DNA of 64,000 nt from Paraphysomonas bandaiensis. Its lineage: Eukaryota; Protista; Chrysophyceae. The DNA lies in NCBI GenBank assembly GCA_965644295.1, contig CBFFRP010000324.1:62001-126000 (forward strand), given 5' to 3'. Under the pieces are notes generated by a model, which did not search any database, was not told the DNA's origin, and was given only the letters and a program-made list of their open reading frames with translations. A program made the translations under genes and the position numbers. Below are positions 60,417 to 64,000 of this stretch, piece by piece. The first letter of the stretch is position 1. Every line of letters begins with the position of its first letter.

Positions 60417-61135
60417 TCAAAGATTTCCGACAGCCATAATAACTCGCATCGAATCCATTGTAAAAGGAAAGGATATTGATCGAACTCTTAACCCAGCAGT
60501 AGTGTATGCGTTGCGAACTCTATCTTCTGTAAATCCCATTTCCGAGTCACTACTATCCGCTAACCAATCCCACTATAACAAATTGAATCAATTGTAAAAC
60601 ACAATGAAAGACTACGGACTAACCTGAACTATAACTCCATTGTCAGAAAGAAGAGATTTCAAAACTGAGAGGGTGCCTTCAAAATCTGGCACGAAGAGAA
60701 GAGCGGAGGAGGCCACTATCAAATCAAACTTTTCTTGCAAATCGTCATGTTCAGATACCACCTCGCCTGTAAGAAAACAAGAAATCGGCTTGATATTGCC
60801 AATATTTTTTCGATTGAGAACTTCAATCATTTTGGGGGATGCGTCAACAGCCACAATATTGCGTACATGAGGGGCCAACTTTTCAGCAAGAAGTCCAGTT
60901 CCGCAGCCTGTAAGAGAAGCTTAGCATTTATCGAGCATCATATACACTATTTACCAAAATCAAGTACACGTTCATTTCGTGACAATGAAACAACATCCAT
61001 TAAAGACTGGAACGCATTCTCGGAATACGTCTTAACACCTGACAGTTTCAATTCAGAGAGAACGAAACTGCAGACTCTCTACTCACCCTCCTGATCTTCC
61101 CACTTATCCGCTATATCATCCCATGAGCCGTCCAT
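60417..61135 (-). CDS. Class I SAM-dependent methyltransferase, bacterial-like, 4 exons
   Basis: Spliced MDGSWDDIADKWEDQEGVKTYSENAFQSL...RVLDFG/CGTGLLAEKLAPHVRNIVAVDASPKMIEVL...FDLIVASS...GVIVQ/WDWL...GF...IMAVGNL*. Confidence 0.85.
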
Positions 61136-61296
61136 TGCAAAATATAATACAAAATTTGTTATGGTCCACGTTATATATATATATATACCCACACGCTCCT
61201 GTTAAGTTAGTTGATGAGAAGATACAACAGCATGTGGTATACAGCAGTAGTATACCATAGTATACCGCCGTCTACAGAATATATGAAAAAAAATAT

Positions 61297-61369
61297 CAAC
61301 CACGGTGAGACTCGAACTCACAACCCCCAGATTAGAAGTCTGATGCGCTATCCATTGCGCCACGCGGCT
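61297..61369 (-). tRNA. tRNA-Arg (anticodon UCU)
   Basis: AGCCGCGTGGCGCAATGGATAGCGCATCAGACTTCTAATCTGGGGGTTGTGAGTTCGAGTCTCACCGTGGTTG folds as a cloverleaf with a TTCGA T-loop. Downstream T8 terminator. Confidence 0.95.
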
Positions 61370-61457
61370 CCACTGATACTCACAGCGATATAAGATGTAT
61401 ATATAAATCACATACACCAGAATGAAAGTTTATTTTTGTTAATGACAACAAAAAATT

Positions 61458-61530
61458 CAACCACGGTGAGACTCGAACTCACAACCCCCAGATTAGAAGT
61501 CTGATGCGCTATCCATTGCGCCACGCGGCT
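61458..61530 (-). tRNA. tRNA-Arg (anticodon UCU), identical second copy
   Basis: Same 73 nt as 61297-61369. Downstream T6 terminator. Confidence 0.95.
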
Positions 61531-61904
61531 ACTGCTGCACACTCTCCTATAATTTTGTTAATATAAATTAATTAAATAAATATATTTTATGTTTGGATAT
61601 GTGACTGATGTTCACATGTAGAGTGTATCTGCGATCTGATTGGTTGATTGGTTCATTGTGAGCCCCGTGAGTGCGCTCATAGATGGAACTGCACCACACT
61701 CTACACAGCTAGAGAGAAAACAAGCGACACCATGCATGATTGTCTCTCAATATCAAGGTGTTGCATTACTGCTGCTTGTTACACTGCATCGAGCTAAGGT
61801 GAACTTCTATTGAACCTAATGTATTCTTGCCGTTGCAGTGGTCAGGTGTTGCGTAGGATATAGCAGAGCTCACGTGGTCGTTACTACTCATAGTATGCGG
61901 TAAT

Positions 61905-63514
61905 ATGTCATACATCATTAAGCATGTTACTATAAAGCGAAAGAACACACGAGACTGCGATGAGCATCAAAATGTTAGGCGGAAGACAGTGGATGAAATC
62001 AGAGCGGTGCTGACAGATACATATACGTGTACAAAAACAAGTGACACTCCTGCAGAACCAGCAGATAACTTTCTACAAAAAAATAAAACATGGGTAGTTA
62101 AATGTGTTTGTGTATTACTTTTCTTCGCTACTGGCGTGGCATTTTATCATTTTCATCAAGGGTGGTCAGTTGTGACCTGCCTCTATTTCATTGTTGTCTC
62201 CAGTAAGTACAGATCGCGCTCCATACTTTACGATGACTGATAATCCATTTATAGTGACCACTGTTGGGTATGGTGATATTAGCCCAAGTGATGACTGTGA
62301 GTGTGCAAGCTTTGACAACATGTGTTGTGACAGCTCTATTGTTACTCAGGGGCTCGCTTATTTACCATATTTTTCATTCTATTCGGACTGGTGTTTGTAT
62401 TTTCTATAATAAATGATGCAATTCAAAGCTTTCTTGACCATCTTGAGTCTCAAGCTATGGAAAAGCTAGAAGAAGACGAGGTTAAGCAGGTGGAGCCTCA
62501 CTTTCAATTTACATTTCGATGGTTATTGTTTATGGCAGTCAAACCATGTAGTGAAGATCGGCATATCTGTGGGAGTGATATTTCTTTTTTTGATGCTTGG
62601 TACGCTGTTCTACAGCTATAATGAAGGGTGGACCTTCATACAGGGTTTATATTGGACATGCATGACTGTCAGCGTAAGTACATCTTCACTAAACGCAGCT
62701 CTATTCAAAGATTAATTTATACAGACTGTCGGTTATGGTGATCTCGAGCTCAAGAAGTTTTCATCAAAGTAAGTGTGATATGTTTAAGCGAAGTTATACA
62801 TACAGTGACGTAATGTCGTGTTGTCTGCAGGATATTTTCCATATTCTATATTGTGTTTGCTGTCGTTCTTATGACTACAGCGATCGGCAATTTTGCTGCA
62901 GTTCAGATGGAACTTGCACATGAAAAGAAAAAACTGGATATGCTCAACACAAAACTGGATATCGAGGCGATACGTGCGATGGACAAGGATGGGAAAGGAG
63001 TGGATGAGATGGCCTTTGTTACGGCGATGCTGGTGCAGATATGCGGTCTCGACAAGGAGAAAGATATTGACCCTTGGAGGGCGCGATTCAGAGAACTAGA
63101 CAAAGACGATAGCAAATATCTAGACGAAGAGGTATATGTGCTTGCGCGTAGAGAGTAATTATTCATGGTTAATAGGATTTACGATTGTTGGAGCAAGAAG
63201 AAGAGAAGAAGAGACAAGAGCGATTGGCTGCGTATAAACGCAAGTCTGTTGGTGAAACACATGCCCTTTTTAGCCAGATTCCGACGAAATCTAATCATGT
63301 TCGCTCTCCCGCAGCCCTCTCTCCTAATAAAAACATGGTGTTTACGATACCTTTTTTTGAGTCTGCAGTGGTTGCATGGAATGGTATCACTTCCGCTTTT
63401 AAAAAGAAGTCCCGTCCTGCTCCCCGCAAAATAGCGGTAGTGAAGGTGAAACCGGGGGGTACTGGATCACAGTGTAGGGAGCATGCTGAAATGAAACTGG
63501 ACAGCCAAGTGTAA
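61905..63514 (+). CDS. Tandem-pore K+ channel with EF-hands (TPK/K2P-like), many exons; start uncertain
   Basis: GWSVVTCLYFIVVS..TTVGYGD, second pore EGWTFIQGLYWTCMTVS/TVGYGD, EF-like DKDGKGVDEMAF and FRELDKDDSKYLDEED. Confidence 0.88.
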
Positions 63515-64000
63515 GAAGTGTGTATATAGTATTTCTTGTGATGTATGGCACTGTGGAGTCATAGAGTACATGAATAGCTTTCGGGTGCGTTATTTACTTT
63601 ATGGGTGCACTGATGTAGGCAAGGCGCTTTATGTTTCTAAATTAATGTAAAACAACGAAAAGTTACAAAGAAATTAATATAAATCACAGAGTGTTTCTAC
63701 AAAGTAAGTACATGCAATAATTGAAAAATGAGTATATCACAACGCCTACGTATGTTGAAAAGATTGAGTATTGTGAAAACAATCTCAAATATGCAGCTTG
63801 GAACTTTCAAAGTAGTTGAATGTCTAGGAGAACACTTAAAATACAGTAATAGAAAATTTTCTATGACAATAAGATGATTGTTTCAGTTATCAATACAAAG
63901 ATAGCAGTATAATTCGAGCTATTATTTCTCGGTGAATTCTATTCTTGAAATACTTGTAAAAAAATTGGTATTGTTGACCTCTCTCACTCATTTAGAAATC

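Noticed and set aside
713-63434. Numerous short ORFs antisense to or overlapping real genes, and Y/T/V/C/I-rich ORFs in promoter regions
   Set aside because: These are shadow frames of real CDSs or translations of TACA/TGTA-rich promoter DNA, and many start at GTG/TTG. There is no sign of an alternative genetic code, because in-frame stops coincide with introns.

Overview
Eukaryotic nuclear DNA from a gene-dense protist genome with many short (about 45-60 nt) GT-AG introns. SPEF1 suggests a flagellate; the gene complement suggests a stramenopile (inference only). There are about 21 protein-coding genes: CIA1, a PH-domain protein, tRNase Z, PP4 catalytic subunit, SPEF1, an EEF1AKMT4-like methyltransferase, COG6, RER1, a SET/SMYD-like protein, a serine/histidine decarboxylase, a His-motif secreted/membrane protein, AP-2 sigma, an orphan multi-pass membrane protein, an LtrA-like protein, a two-pore channel, a stand-alone MHYT protein, a DUF4062-NACHT-WD40 protein, an extended pterin-carbinolamine dehydratase, an SLC1/DAACS transporter, sideroflexin, a bacterial-type SAM methyltransferase and a TPK-type K+ channel. 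Two identical tRNA-Arg(UCU) genes are also present. Almost all genes sit in head-to-head pairs, and their shared upstream regions carry a recurrent TACAGCAGTA motif (9 exact copies found by eye, all in 5' intergenic DNA). The larger, mostly convergent spacers hold transposon debris: hAT, Tc1-like and GAG-terminated MITEs, a copia gag remnant, a LINE-type RNase H remnant and two unclassified repeat families, one with a demonstrable filled/empty site pair. There is also an apparently exact 502-bp tandem duplication with a templated-looking junction insert. Exon boundaries were read by eye and all family calls are motif-based; no database search was run.
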